A stretch of DNA of 64,000 nt from Camelus dromedarius (GCF_036321535.1 NC_087437.1:30072001-30136000); one strand, 5' to 3'; positions 50,620-63,860 are shown, numbered from the stretch's first letter. The notes: generated by a model from the letters alone, not told the origin. A program made the numbers and translations.

Positions 50620-51830
50620 ACATTTATTCTTTCACAAATACATATTGCCTACTGTATGCTAGGTGCTGTACTAGGTTCTGGGCATAAAGATTGAATGAGA
50701 TGACACAATCTTTACACTTTTAGGTGAATATAAAATGTAATTTTACAAATGTTTGTTTAATTGTAGTGATGTTGAACTGTCAAGCTGTAATGCAGGTTTG
50801 TGAGATATCAGGGACACAGATTCTGCAATGAAGGCTAGGGAAGGGAGGTGAGTGCCAGGTCATGCAAGCATGCAAAGCTTTGCAGACTTTCAGTCTGCTT
50901 TATTTTGAGAGCAATGAAAAGCCGTCAAGTAGAAAAACTGAAAAGGTAAACATCTCTAACAAGAGACCACTGGAATGGTGAAATCACCAGACTTATACAG
51001 ACTATGGGGTCTTGTCTTAGTGTGGTGGTCTCTGAAAGAAAAGGAAACTGCAAGTTAGAAAGTTAAGTATGTGTCAGACTGGCTTGGTCACTGATAAACT
51101 GTTGTAATCTTGGAATTAGAAAGAACAGGCCATTTGGATGGAAGGAACTAATTTTGAATTTTTGATATGTCAAATCCCATATAACCGCACAAGATTCATA
51201 GGAACCCTTCACTGGTAATCCAGGCCTGGTATCCTGGCTAGAAATGTAGGATTGGGAACCACTCACAGGACTTCTGTATATAGTTTGTGCCCCTGGCTGA
51301 GTCCATGAAGGTGCAGATCTTTCAAATTTGCACAAAATTAGCTTATAGTCACAACCTGTGCATCTACAGAGCTGTGCCTGCCCAGAAAGTCTGCCTTTTT
51401 GCATTAATACAAACACTCTGTGAGATAGTAGAAGGTCTGATCCATAAAATTAATTTAAACAGGAAACTGGATGAACTCTTGAGAACTAAGTGTAAAGGAA
51501 AAGAGCTAAGAGGTCAATCAATATAAGGGAGTGGGAGAAAGGTAAGGAACAGGACAATAGTATGGAAACATAACATGAAGATTAAAGTAAACATAAGATG
51601 AAGATATCAAGTAGAGAGATGTCAGTGGTACCAAATGTAGCAAAAATGTTCAACAGGGGTTAGCACTGAAAAACAACTATTGAATTTAATTATGGGGATG
51701 TTAATTAGGGAATTTAGGGAAAGTTGAAAATAGAATCCAGGTTTATTTCATTTATATGTTCATTTGTTTACTCATTCATTAAGCTAAAAATTTTCTCCAA
51801 ACCTCTTCTATGTTCCAGGCATAGGCTGAT
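50620..51830 (-). mobile_element. L2 LINE fragments
   Basis: 'catttattctttcacaaatacatattgcctactgtatgctaggtgctgtactagg' and purine-rich reverse L2 body. Confidence 0.55.
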
Positions 51831-52544
51831 ATGAGAAGTTTGTGTAGGGAGTGCCTAATAAAGACACTCGAGGAGTTTAGCCAAGAGAAAAAGATGGTGG
51901 GGGCTGGAGGAAGCCCCTTTCATTAAGATTCATTGAAGAAAAGCAAAGTCAATTACCTCTAAAATAGAAGTAAGAAAATAAGGGTATAAAGGAGAGGTTA
52001 TAAATAATAAGGATATTAGGAATAAAAGGAAAAAGTATGGGAATAATGACTTTAGAGTTTTCAGAAGGAAGAGAAGGTAGTTACAGGATTAGAAAGCTGT
52101 TGGGGCGGAGATAATAAATTTTATATCATAGACATTGGATATTTTGATCAGTTCTTATGTCTTAAAACATATTTTATAGGCTAGCTTAAATTTTTTTAAC
52201 CTTTAATATGAATTTGAGCATGGAGTAACTAATTAGATTAAAAGAATAGATTAAGTTAAAATTTACTAGATTAAAACTTGGTTGGTAAACCTATGGTAGA
52301 AAACCCAGGGCATTTAATTAAATTCTTTGAGTTTTTATTTCTAGTGCCACCTGTCATATTCCTCTTAATAGTTTTATCATGATGAAGAGCCAATCAATTT
52401 ACAAAGTTACTGCTGGGAAATAAATTCAGAAAAATCAATTTTATGTGTAAGTAAACTGTGCTTGGTTTACACTTCTCGTAGTTAAATTTATTGGCTTGCT
52501 TTTTACTTTTTTAATAATTTTTTTCATGTGGTAAATCTGGGACA

Positions 52545-54125
52545 GTAGAAATATCAGTGTTTCCATATATTAGCAACAGACATTTGGGAAATGAAACTTT
52601 AAAATAGTATGCTTTCTAATAGCATCAAAACCATTTTATACTTATGAATAAGTTTAATAAAAGTGTGCACAACTTCTACACAGTAAACTAAAAATATTTC
52701 TAAGAGAAATTTCAGGAAACTTCAATAAATGGCACATTATACCATTTTTATGGATAGGATCATCCAATATTTTTAAGATGTAAACTGTCCCAAATTGATA
52801 TTGAGATTCAGTGCAACCCCATTTAAAATAGCAATGGGCCTTTTTTGGGGGTGGGGGGGGAGGTGGATACCAACAAGGTGATTCTAAAATTTATTTTGAA
52901 ATAAAAAAAACCTAGAATAAACAAAGCAATCTTGGAAAAGAACAAGGTTGGAGGACTTACACTACTTATTTCAAGACTTACTGTACAGCTATAGTAATTA
53001 AGACAGTGTGGTATTAATATAAGGGTAGAAAAATAAATCAGTGAAACAGTAGAATTCAGAAACTCACATTTTACGGTCAATATATTTTTTAACAAAGGCA
53101 TTAAGAATTTTAGTGGAGAAAGGAAATTTTTTTCAACAATTGGTTCTGGAACAACTGGATAAATGTACAAAAGATAACCTTGATCCCTACCTTATGTTAC
53201 TTACAAACATTGTTTTGAGATAGATCATAGACTTAAACATAAGTTAAAGCTATAAATATTTTGGAAGAAAATGGATAAATTGAACTTAACGAAATTTTTA
53301 AAACTCTGCTCTTTAAAAGACACCATAAAAAAATGAAAGGTAAGCCACAGGTTGAGTAATAATAATTGCAACACATATATCAGGAAAAGGATTTGCATTC
53401 AGTAAATATAAAGAAATTCTACAAATCAATATTAAGAAGACAATCAACCCATTTAAAGCAGGCAAAAAGATCTGAACAGAAACTTCACCAAAGAAGATAT
53501 AGGAAAAGCTAATAAGCACAGGAAAAACTGCTCAGTATTATTATTCATAAGGGAAATGCAAATTAAGCTACAATGAGATTGTCATTTTGCCCTACTAGAA
53601 GCAGTTGATGAAGATGAGAAAGAATTGAAACAATGTGGTTGGGCGTGTAAAATTGTAATTATCTCTCTGGAGAACTTCTTGGCACTTTCTACTCTATGAC
53701 CCAGAGATTCTATTCCCAGGTATTTACTCAAAAGAGATGGAAATATATGTTCAAAAAAAAAAAAAAAAAGAACATGTGAAAAATGTTCATAGCTTTATAA
53801 TAGCCAAGAACTGGAAACAACCTAAATGTCCATCAAGAAGAAAAGGGATAAACAAATTGTGGTGTATTCATAAAATGGAGCACTACTCAAAAAGAATGAA
53901 TTTGATACATGCTACAACATGGATAAAACTTAAAAATATTGAGTTAAAGAAGCCAGACACAAAGGACTACAAACTGTTTGGCTCCATTCACATAAAGAAC
54001 AGGCAAAACTGGTCAATGGTGATAGAAATCAAAACAATGGATGCCTAAGTCAAAGTGTCATCAAAACTCATAGAAAGATTTGTGCAATGCAGCATATACA
54101 ACGTTTAGCTTAATACCAAAATAAA
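52545..54125 (+). mobile_element. Old L1M (ORF2 3' part and 3'UTR), internally deleted
   Basis: 'aagaacaaggttggaggacttacactac', 'atagtaattaagacagtgtggtatt'; ORF 53737 'IAKNWKQPKCPS'. Confidence 0.85.
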
Positions 54126-54716
54126 GTAGTTGCTTCTGTGAAAAACAATTGTTAATCAAATTGTTAGGCTTTCTGGTGTAGATCTGGTCATTGTTTCACT
54201 GGGGCGTCTGTGTGCTACAGAGGTTAAGACAATAGGCTCAGGAGTCAGGCTGCCTGGGTATGAATGCTGACTCTAGTACTGAACACTAGGCAGATAGATA
54301 ACATCTCTGAGACTCCATTTGTTCATCTATAAAATGGTAGGTTTGGTTTGCATTTTGTATTCATCATTTTCTTGCATATTTTGTTTGTTTGCCTTCTGGA
54401 TCTGTGACTCAGAAACTGGTGGTTTGGGATTCTCATTACCTATCTCATCCCGTGGTGATGTCAAGGATAGTGGATAGTTGGAGATTCACTCTGAAAAGGA
54501 CTTGACCCAGGTACTGCCTGGTGGCTGTCCCTGCTCCTACCACAACTCAAGGCAAAGAGCCCCAGACAATGGCTACAGCTTCTCTGAGGAGGCATTCTTG
54601 GCCAGCGAAGTCCTCCACTCCACTCTGGTCTCACAGAGGGTCTGCATGTGAGCACTCAAAGCACCCGTAACTCCAGAAGACGCTGAGTACCCCTGCTTCT
54701 TAACAGCCCTGTTATC

Positions 54717-56190
54717 TTGGAGGAGCTATATAGTTTTGGGTTTCATATTAGGTCTGTGATCCATTTTGACTTAATTCATTTTGAACAATTAATTTTTGTG
54801 AAAGGTGTAAAGTCCGTCCTATCTAGATTCATATTTTTGAATGTGGATGTCCAGTTGTTTCAGAACCGTTTGTTGAAAAGGCTTTGCATATTTTTTCAGC
54901 TTTGTTGGGATAAAGTTGGCATATAACACTGTGTATGTATAAGGTATATAAAGTGATGATTTGAGATATTGTGAACTCATGACCACAATAAGGTTAGTTA
55001 ACACATTCATCATCTCACATAGTTACAATTTTTTTTTTTTGTGGTGAGAACATTAAAGATTTACTCTTTACAACTTTCAAGTAAAGAATATAATATGGTT
55101 AACTACAGCCACCATGCTGTACATTAGATACACAGAATTTATTCATTTATAACTAGATGTTTGTACCCTTTGAATGACATCTCCCCATTTTCCCTACCTC
55201 TCAGCTCATGGCAACTCCCAATTTACTCTCTGATTCCATGAGTTCATTTTTCATAGAGTCCATATACAGGTGAGATCACACAGTATGTCTTTATCTGTAA
55301 AACTTATTTCACTTGGCATAATGCCCTCAAGCTTCATCTATGTTGTTGCAAATGGCAAGATTTCCTAGCTATCTCAGTTATCAGACCCACCTACGTGAGA
55401 CTGCATTAACTGTGTTCAAGTAACCCTTATATTACTTAATAATGGCCCCAATGTGCAAGAGTAGTGATGCTGGCAATTCAGATATGCCAAAGAGAAGCTG
55501 CAAAGTGTTTCCTTTAAGTGAGAATGTGGAAGTTCTTGATTTAATAAGGAAAGAAAAGAACTGCATACTGAGGGTGCTAAGATCTGTGGTAAGAACAAAT
55601 ACTCTGTTGGTGAAATTATGAAAAAGAAATTTGTGCTAGTTTTGCTGTCCTACCTCAAACTGCAAAAGTTACAGCCACACTGAGTGATAAATGCTTAGTT
55701 AAGATGTATAAGGCATTAAATTTGTACAATAAGATATTTGAGAGAGAGGAAGAGAGAAACCACATTCACACAACTTTTATTATAGTACATTATTATAACT
55801 TCCATTTTATTATTAGTTATTGTTGTTAATCTCTTACTGTACCTAATTTATAAATTAAACTTTATCACATGGATGTGTATATATAGGAATAAACAGTATA
55901 TACAGGGTTTAGTACTATCGGCAGTTTCAGGCATCTCTGAGGGTCTTGGAACGTATCCCCTGGAGATAAAGGGGACTACTGTATACATACATACATACAC
56001 ACACACAAACACACACACTTTCTTTATGTATTCATCCATTAATGGACAGTTAGGTTGTTTCCACATCTCGACAACTGTGAAGAATGTGGCAGTGAACATG
56101 GAGGTGCAGGTATCTTCTCAACATAGTGATTTTTATCTCCTTCAGATATATTCCCAGAAGTGGAATTGCTGGACCATGTGGTGGTATCTT
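54717..56190 (-). mobile_element. L1 fragments (ORF2 piece 54717-54885; L1MA/MB-type 3'UTR ~54893-56190), interrupted by MER44
   Basis: 'gtggtgagaacattaaagatttactct', 'tgttgttgcaaatggcaagatttcc', 'cccagaagtggaattgctgga'. Confidence 0.8.
55368..55981. mobile_element. MER44 / Tigger7-family element, left end missing
   Basis: 'tgtgttcaagtaacccttat...gagtagtgatgctggcaattcagatatgccaaagagaagc...ggagataaaggggactactg' followed by TA. Confidence 0.8.
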
Positions 56191-56743
56191 TAAATATTTT
56201 AAAACTAGTTGCCAACCAGGAGATTTTACATGAAGATCTGATGTTCATCTTCCCTTAAAAAAAATTAAACGAACTGGAAACGTCAGGTCAACACTGCCAT
56301 GTGGTAATCATAAGGAGGCACTGAGCAGCGTCCATCTTCTTTAGTTGGATCATATGTTCCACTGCCTCCCCATTTCCTATAGTATGATGTGTATTCAGAG
56401 TATTCACTCATTTGGGTTACTCCCTGACCTCCATAAGCGTTTGAGTTTGGGCCAACAGTTCTCCAACTTTACTGTGTGTAAGAACCACTAATGGAGATAA
56501 AGACTCCTGAACACTATCCCTAGAGAGTCTGATTCATCAGGCCTCTAGTTGAGCCAGGTAATCAGCGTGATCCAGAAGCAGCACCACAGGTGCCATGTAT
56601 AACAGAAACAGGCCCCCACTTCAGCAGGCATTGCTTTAGGCTATTCCACAGAGTTATCCTACCACCTTGGATGATAAAACATTAATTTCCAATCTACAGG
56701 CCACCAACAATTTAAATCAGTAGAAAATCACTTGCTGCCTTAC

Positions 56744-57150
56744 CTGTGGGTTGTCTGTAAATCAGGGATTCTTAAAGCTGGAATTGTTCCTGACCCTTTC
56801 AAGTCGGGCTCCAACAAGGTCCTCCTGCCGGGAGTCACTTGTGCCAATATAATAAGACTGCGCTCGCTTCAGAAGCAAAGGAAAGCTTTCTTCTTTGACT
56901 AAGGACCGGAGAGGTGCGAGCTTCGGCTCTAGAGCTCACGCTCTCCCGACAGGCCACTGGCGAGGCTGCTTCACAGTGCGGTGGGGGGAGGGGCCGCAGA
57001 TCTCGCGGGTCTGGCGCAGGCGTGCTTCCTGGGCTCCAGACGCAGGGCCCTGTGCAGCGTCTCTGCACACGCCCCCGGCCACCGCCGCCATCTTGAATTG
57101 TGTCTCGCGGGCCTTCTGCTCGCTGCCCGCTGAGCCCAGGCGTCCGGCGC
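56744..57150 (-). other. Candidate first exon on minus strand ending at donor CAG|GTAAGG (5' end is a guess)
   Basis: ccttacctg at 56738-56746 is a consensus-like donor downstream of AAGATGGCGGC on the minus strand. Confidence 0.35.
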
Positions 57151-57300
57151 AGAGGGACTCTGACCTGACATGTGAGGTGCAAGACCACTGCGAGCGGCCC
57201 CCTATAGCAAGTGAAACTAGAAGAAGCACAAAAGAGGTTAGACCTTATCACCTAAATTCCACCTCATTTTTCCCCGGGACCTGAGTGAGCTTTGCCGGTG
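56830..57300. promoter_or_regulatory. CpG-island promoter (gene unidentified, possibly bidirectional)
   Basis: Only CpG-dense, GC-rich stretch in the window: YY1 motif GCCGCCATCTTG 57084-57095, TCTCGCGGG at 57001 and 57103, NRF1-like GCGCAGGCGT 57014, G-rich SP/KLF box ~56981-56994, CCAAT ~56844. Confidence 0.8.
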
Positions 57301-59065
57301 ACAGAACCCCTTTAAAGGAGTTCCATGTTTTGTATAGGGGCATTTGGCAGACACCACTGGATTTCTGTCTGAGGGCAGCAATGTGCCCAGCTGAAAATCT
57401 ACAAATCTCAGCCTCTCCTGCAGCCAGCAGTGTGCAGGTGACACAATTCTGACCGGCAGGATGTAAGCAGAAGTTACGGGATGAAGCAGCTGGGAAATTC
57501 CTGTGAAGTTCAACCAGACTCAGTCACTCAAAATGACTCACTCAACTGGCAGAAGTTTTTGCCCTTTGTCCTTCCTTGCCTGAAGCACACACTCGGTTTT
57601 GGAGGTAGCGCATCCACCTTGCTAAAGTCGGCTGCACAGAAAAGGGGAAGGAGCTCAGGTCCGCTTGCACTGTGGAACTGCTATCCCGGTCCTGGACTGC
57701 TTAACTCTGGGGAAGAAAGAAACAACCTGCTTGGCTCAAGGTACTAGTCTGGTTTCCTTTTTTTCATAGCCAGTTTCCATCTTAATTGATACAATGCATA
57801 AACTATTTTCCCTCTGTCCTCTTTTATCCTATTTTCAAAGGGATCCATAATCCTTACGATAAAGAGGGACTCATTTTCTAGCATGTATTCACTGGCACAT
57901 CAAATTGGGATTCACAAAACAGGTTAATAATTGACTATGGCTTTTACTGTTTTTTTTAAACAGTTGCTTTATGAGAGGAGAAGTAATGAGACTTCAACAT
58001 ACATTTATTCCAGCATCTGAAGTACGAAAACAGCAGGAATACTTCCTCACAGTAAGTGACAGGAAATACTCATGATTTACTATATTTATATCGCACTTTG
58101 TGTTTTTCAAGACACATTCAGGCTAATAAAAATGCGGGCCTGTGCCTTGGTGACGATATTCAAATAAATTGTGCCACCCCACAATATTCCTTACATATAT
58201 ATATATGTATATATAAAAAACTCAGTAGTCAATATGTTCTACTAGAGCAAAAGTCAAACTATTTCAGTGTCATGGTTAGAAGGAGCAATAAAAGTCATCT
58301 GCTATCTAGACTTCTGGCTCACTGTAAAATTTGGTTACAACCAAGTGTACTTGTGATCAAAAGGATCAGTAGTCAAGACCAAGATTAGCGAAATGTCGAA
58401 TATCTGGGGGTTGCGGAGGGAAGCAGGGAACAGAAGCAGTTCATCTCAAGAGAACACAGGCGTCCCAGAGTGGATGAATCCAAAGAGGAAAGAGGGAGAG
58501 GACTTGGTCAGGCAGACAGCCCGATCCCTGCCTCAGTAGCCTTGATGAAGATGAAAGTGGAAAGAGAGGGCGCTTTCAACACCAGCTGGGGAAGTTTGTC
58601 TTCTCTTTCTCCTGTTCACTTCTGCTTAGCCTCTGAAGGGCTCTCCCTCACCTTCTTAGAATAACCAGGTAGCTCAAACCTCTGGATGGGGGCAGTGGTC
58701 ACCTGAGAGGGCCCTTATAGTAAAAAAATGCTTGGCAATTCCCGTTCTGGCTGTGCTGTTGGTCTGAGTCTCTTTCAGTTGTTCTCTTGTTATTCACATA
58801 AGCGTCTAAGAATTATAGTGTTTCAGAACATTGCAGCTATAAGGGACTTTCTACATTCTGTACATTAGACAGCATTTTGTGAAAAGAAGGTTATGCCATC
58901 AAGTAGGTTAGCTATTATCATAGCTAAACAATTATCTTAATATAGGACTTCTCACAGCTATCAATATGTTTAATATTAAATTTAAATTTAACATGTGAAT
59001 TTCTAAGAGGGGGAATTTAGTATTCAGGGATTTTTCAAAATTGCTTAATTAGCCAAGTGAGTCCC

Positions 59066-59150
59066 CTCCTCCCTCCCCTTTCCTCCCCTCTGCTTTCCCC
59101 CTTTTCTTCTCACTCTCTCTCTTCATCCTTTCTTTTTATTTTTTTCTCTT
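59066..59150. repeat. CT-rich low-complexity tract
   Basis: Nearly pure C/T sequence. Confidence 0.75.
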
Positions 59151-59165
59151 TATTAAAGTGCCTAA

Positions 59166-59952
59166 CTTTTTTTTTAATTGAAGTATACTTGATTTACAAT
59201 GTTGTGTTAATTTCTGGTGTACAGCCTAGTGATTCAGTTATACATATATTTTTTATTATAGGTTATTACAAGATAATTGAATATAGTTCCCTGTGCTATA
59301 CAGTAGGATCTTGTTGTTTATCTATTTACATATAGTAGTTAGTATCTGCTAATCCCAAACTCCTAATTTATCCCTCCCCACCCCTTTCCCCTTTGGTAAT
59401 CATAAGTTTGTTTTCTATGTCTTTGAGTCTGTTTCTGTTTTGTAAATAAGTTCATTTGTCTTTTTCTTAGATTCCACATATAAGTGATACCATTGATATT
59501 CATCTTTCTCTTTCTGACTTCACTTAGTATGATAATCTCTAGTTTCATCCGTGTTGCTGCAAATGGCATTACTTTGTTCTTTTTTATGACTGTGTAGTGT
59601 TCCATTATGGCTGAGTACTGTACACATATATACATACACACACACACACACGCACACACACACCACATTTTCTTATCCAATCATCTTTTGATGGACATTT
59701 AAGTTGCTTCCATGTCTTGGCTATTGTAAATAGTGCTGCTATTAACATTGGGGTGCATGTATCTTTTGTAATTAGAGCTTCCACTTGATATATGCCCAGC
59801 AGTGGGATTGCTGGATCATAGGGTAAGTCTATTTTTAGTTTTTTATGGAATCTCCATACTGTTTTACATAGTGGCTGCACCAAATTACATTCTCACCAAC
59901 AGTGTAGAAGGGTTCTCTTTTCTTCAAACACTCTCCAGCATTTATCATTTGT
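59166..59952 (-). mobile_element. 5'-truncated camelid-type L1 with TSD
   Basis: ORF 59605-59883 '[31 protein letters not shown]'; TSD ttaaagtgcctaa at 59153-59165 and 59953-59965. Confidence 0.9.
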
Positions 59953-60029
59953 TTAAAGTGCCTAATTTTGAAAGTGTTTACTTTGAACAGAACTTGGAAT
60001 AGGTGTTGAGAATTAAAACACCATATTTT

Positions 60030-60580
60030 TCCATTAAAAATTATATTGTGGTAAAATATACATAACATAAAATTTATCATCGTAAACTTTTAAAGTCACC
60101 ACCATCTGTCTCCAGAATCCTTTTCGTCTTGCAAAAGACTGTACCTATTAAGCAATTACTCTATATTTCCACTGCCCTCAGCCCCTGGCCACCACCATTC
60201 TACTTTGTATATCTATGAATTTGACTGTTATAGATAACCTCCTATAAGTGATATCATACAGCATTTGTCTTTTTATGATTATTTTATTTCACTTAGCGTA
60301 ATGTCCCCAAGGTTCATCCATGTTTAGCATATGTCAGAATTTTCTTCCTTTTTAAGACTGAATAATGTTCTGTTGCATTTATATATATCACATTTTGTTT
60401 ATCTGTCATCCATCTTGGGTTCCTTCTACCTTTTGGCTATTGTGAATAATGTTGCTATGAAAATGGTTGTATTGTATAAGTATTTCTTTGAGTCTGTTTT
60501 CAGTTCTTTTGGATATAGACCCAGAAGTGGAATTGCTGGATGATATGGTAATTCTATTTTTAACTTTTTGATGAACTAAA
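60030..60580 (-). mobile_element. L1MA/MB-type 3'UTR
   Basis: 'gtggtaaaatatacataacataaaatttatcat...cagcccctggccaccaccattctacttt...cccagaagtggaattgctgga'. Confidence 0.8.
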
Positions 60581-61469
60581 ACTGCATATTTCAACTCATC
60601 TAGTTAATGTAGGGTCAGTCTGAGTCAGTAAATGATCACTAATGTCTTTAAGAAAAATTTGAAAGTTCACTTACAAGTGAAGGCATTTTTCTGTACCTTC
60701 TCCAAAAGAGGACATAATCAGTTTCACACTCTAATGTTGCTTCTCTCAGAAGGACTCTTCTCATAGCACTACAGTGTTGATTCATTAAGGTATAAACATA
60801 TGAATAGAATTGTAGTCTCCTATTTATTTCTTTGTCCACACCACCTTGTCAGCCCCACTCTTTAACTGCTAAATCGGACACTGAAACTCTGTCCATGCAT
60901 CTTGAGGTTCATCTTCACCCAAGACCACAGAGTCAGTGCTATTACTAGTTAGGTGTACATCAGAGAATACTTGCTCAGTATCAAGTCAGCCACTTTATTC
61001 ATGGCCACTTTATTCATATCAAATGTCTGTAAGATACCAGAGTGGGTTTCAGTTTCAGATTATTCAAACTCATAAAACAAGGTAGGCTTATTCAGCACAA
61101 AGTTTATTAATTTTAAGAAAGTATAGAGTACAGGGAGCACAGAATCATACATAAAACAGCATCATGGAGGCTGCAGACTCACAGTTGCAGCTTCACTGTC
61201 CCAGTTACCACGTGGGATGTGCTTTGGTCATGAGGGGTGACAACTGGCATGTGTTTGGGCATCAATACAAGACAGCTTCAAGGCCTTGGATCTTTTCAAC
61301 TTAAATACTTTGAAGTTCTCTAGCACCTGGAGGCATGTGGATTTAGCTTTTATTCATTAGTTTAGCTGTGGCCCATAATTTACCATGCTATACAATAAAC
61401 AATCCTGACAACCATGTTCAGTATGCTCAGGAACATCTGTTTCCAATAGATACACACCTGCAGTTGATA

Positions 61470-61850
61470 CTGAAAAAAGTTTGACTAAGGGCCAAGCTTT
61501 ACTCAAGTGTCCCTGTGGCTGGAAGGGCAGATTTATAACCAATTCCTTTCTGGATGTTACCCCTAGGAGATGGAATTGCACCTTTTTTCTGTGACAAAAT
61601 TTTTTCCCCATACTGTAATTCCAGTCACTTTACTCTGATTTGTGTTCATGCATTTACAACTTAAAGGGTATCTCAATTCCTAGAAAAGTGGAACTATGTT
61701 TTCACCAATTCTCCTAAGATCTGTATTCTGGTTACTGATTTTCAGACTTACATAAGGGGCTCTGTCTTCCAGCCTCACAATTGTATCTGTCTTACTACTT
61801 GCCCTCACTAAATCCATGCTTGTTCCAGGATATCCTTGGTTAAAGTCTCC
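61470..61850 (-). mobile_element. Possible very old CR1/L3 reverse-transcriptase remnant
   Basis: Minus-strand peptides NKHGFSEGK and DTIVRLEDR, then PQG...LGP-like sequence, resemble CR1 RT motifs QHGF.KGKS and PQGSVLGP. Confidence 0.35.
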
Positions 61851-62583
61851 TTTGTAGGTTTAATTTCCCTAACACCCACCGTAAGTCTGTTTGTGGGAAG
61901 TCATCACTGCTCTAGCACACATGAATGGTGGCCTACCCATAGCCATTCCTCCTTTCTTGCTTGCTAGTAAAGCTCGGTTATATTTGTTTCTATTTTTCCT
62001 CCCATGTCTCAGAGTTATAACATGAATAATTCTGTTCCTCTTGATAATAGTTGGTTTAACTGTGAGCACGTAAACCCTTTGGATAACAAGAGTGAAACTG
62101 GGAAATGTTTTTCTACTGATATCTAAACCAAGGATAAGCTTTATATGATCTCATTTAACCTTCACACCACCACCAGTTTAGATCCTGTTAGCAGCCTCTT
62201 TTATACATGGTGGAACTGAGGCTCAAGAAGTTAAATAATCCTACCACTCAATGAATGTTTGTTAAAATGAATTACATAGATAATTTCCATGGTATAACTA
62301 ATATAGTAAAAATATAACAAATCTGACATTGTTACATTAGGAAGCTTAAAGATATTTTTGTAAAATTTCTTTCTCAAGTTAGGTGAAGCTGCTTACTAAG
62401 ATGTGTCAGACTACTGGAATAACATCAGATGGTGCGCTTCTTTTTCAATAATTGAACCCTATACATACCGAGTTCCTTTCAGGGCAGGGACCATATTGTA
62501 TCCCCAGCTCCTAGCACACATAATTGAGTGCCTGCCCTCAATAAGTATTGATTAACTGAATAAAATAATACATTTTATTGCTG

Positions 62584-63860
62584 AAAGACTTAAACATAAG
62601 ACAAGATACTATAAACCTCTTAGAAGAAAACGTAGACAAAACATTCTTTGACATAAATCTTAGCAATGTTCTCTGAGGGCAGTCTATCAAGGCAATAGAA
62701 GCAAAAATAAACTAATGGGACCTAATTAATCTTATAAACTTTTGCACAACAAAGGAAACTATAAACAAAATGAAAAGACAACCTATGGAATGGGAGAAAA
62801 TACTTACAAATTATACGACTGACAAGGGCTTAATTTCCAGAATATATGAACAGCTCATACAACTCAGTAACAAGAAACAAACAACCCAATAAAAAATGGG
62901 CACAAGACCTAAACAGACATTTCTCCAATGAAGGCATACAAATGGCCAAAAGGCACATGAAAAAATGCTCAATATTGCTAATTATCAGAGAAATGCAAAT
63001 CAGAACTACAATGATAGATCACTTCACACCAGTCAGAATGGCCATCGTTAAAAAGTCCACAAACGATAAATGCTGGAGAGGGTATGGAGAAAAGGGAGTC
63101 CTCTTATACTGTTGGTGGGAAAGTAGTTTGGTGTGGCCATAATGGAAAACAGTATGGAGATTCCTTTAAAAAATGAAAATAGACTTAACCATATGATCCA
63201 GCAATCCCACTCCTGGGCATATAACTGGAGGAAACTCTAATTTGAAAAGATACATGTACCCCAATGTTCATAGCAGCACTATTTACAATAGCTAAGACAT
63301 GGAAGCAACTTAAATGTCTACCAACAAATGATTGGATAAAGGAGATGTGGTATGTGTATACACACACACACACCCTCCCACCCACTATGGAATACTACTC
63401 AGCCATAAAAAAGAATGAAATAATGTCATTTGCAGCAACATGGGTGGACATAGAGATTGTCATACAAAGTGAAGTAAGGCAGAAAGAGAAAGAAAAATAG
63501 CATATGATATCACATTTATGTGGAATCTAAAAAAAAAAATCACACAAATGAACTTATTTACAAAACAGAGACAGACTCACAGACATAGAAAACAAACTTA
63601 TGGTTGCCAGGGGTTAAAGGGGTGTGGAGGAATAAACTGGGAGTTCTGGATTTTCAGATACTAACTACTATATACAAAATAGGTAAACAACAAAGTCCTG
63701 CAGTATAGCACAGGGAAGTATATTCAATATCTTGTAATGGCTTATAATGAAAAAGAATATAAAAAGGAATATATATAAGTATAACTGAATCACTATGCTG
63801 TACACCAGAAACTCAAATAACAGTGTAAACCGACTATACCTCAATTTAAAAAAGTTAAAA
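62584..63860 (+). mobile_element. 5'-truncated camelid-type L1
   Basis: ORF 62846 '[12 protein letters not shown]...[19 protein letters not shown]', ORF 63264 'MFIAALFTIAKTWKQLKC', 3'UTR and A-rich end. Confidence 0.9.

Noticed and set aside
56835..57284. 129-aa and 138-aa ORFs overlapping the CpG island
   Set aside because: Long open frames on both strands are expected in GC-rich DNA; no recognisable protein family.
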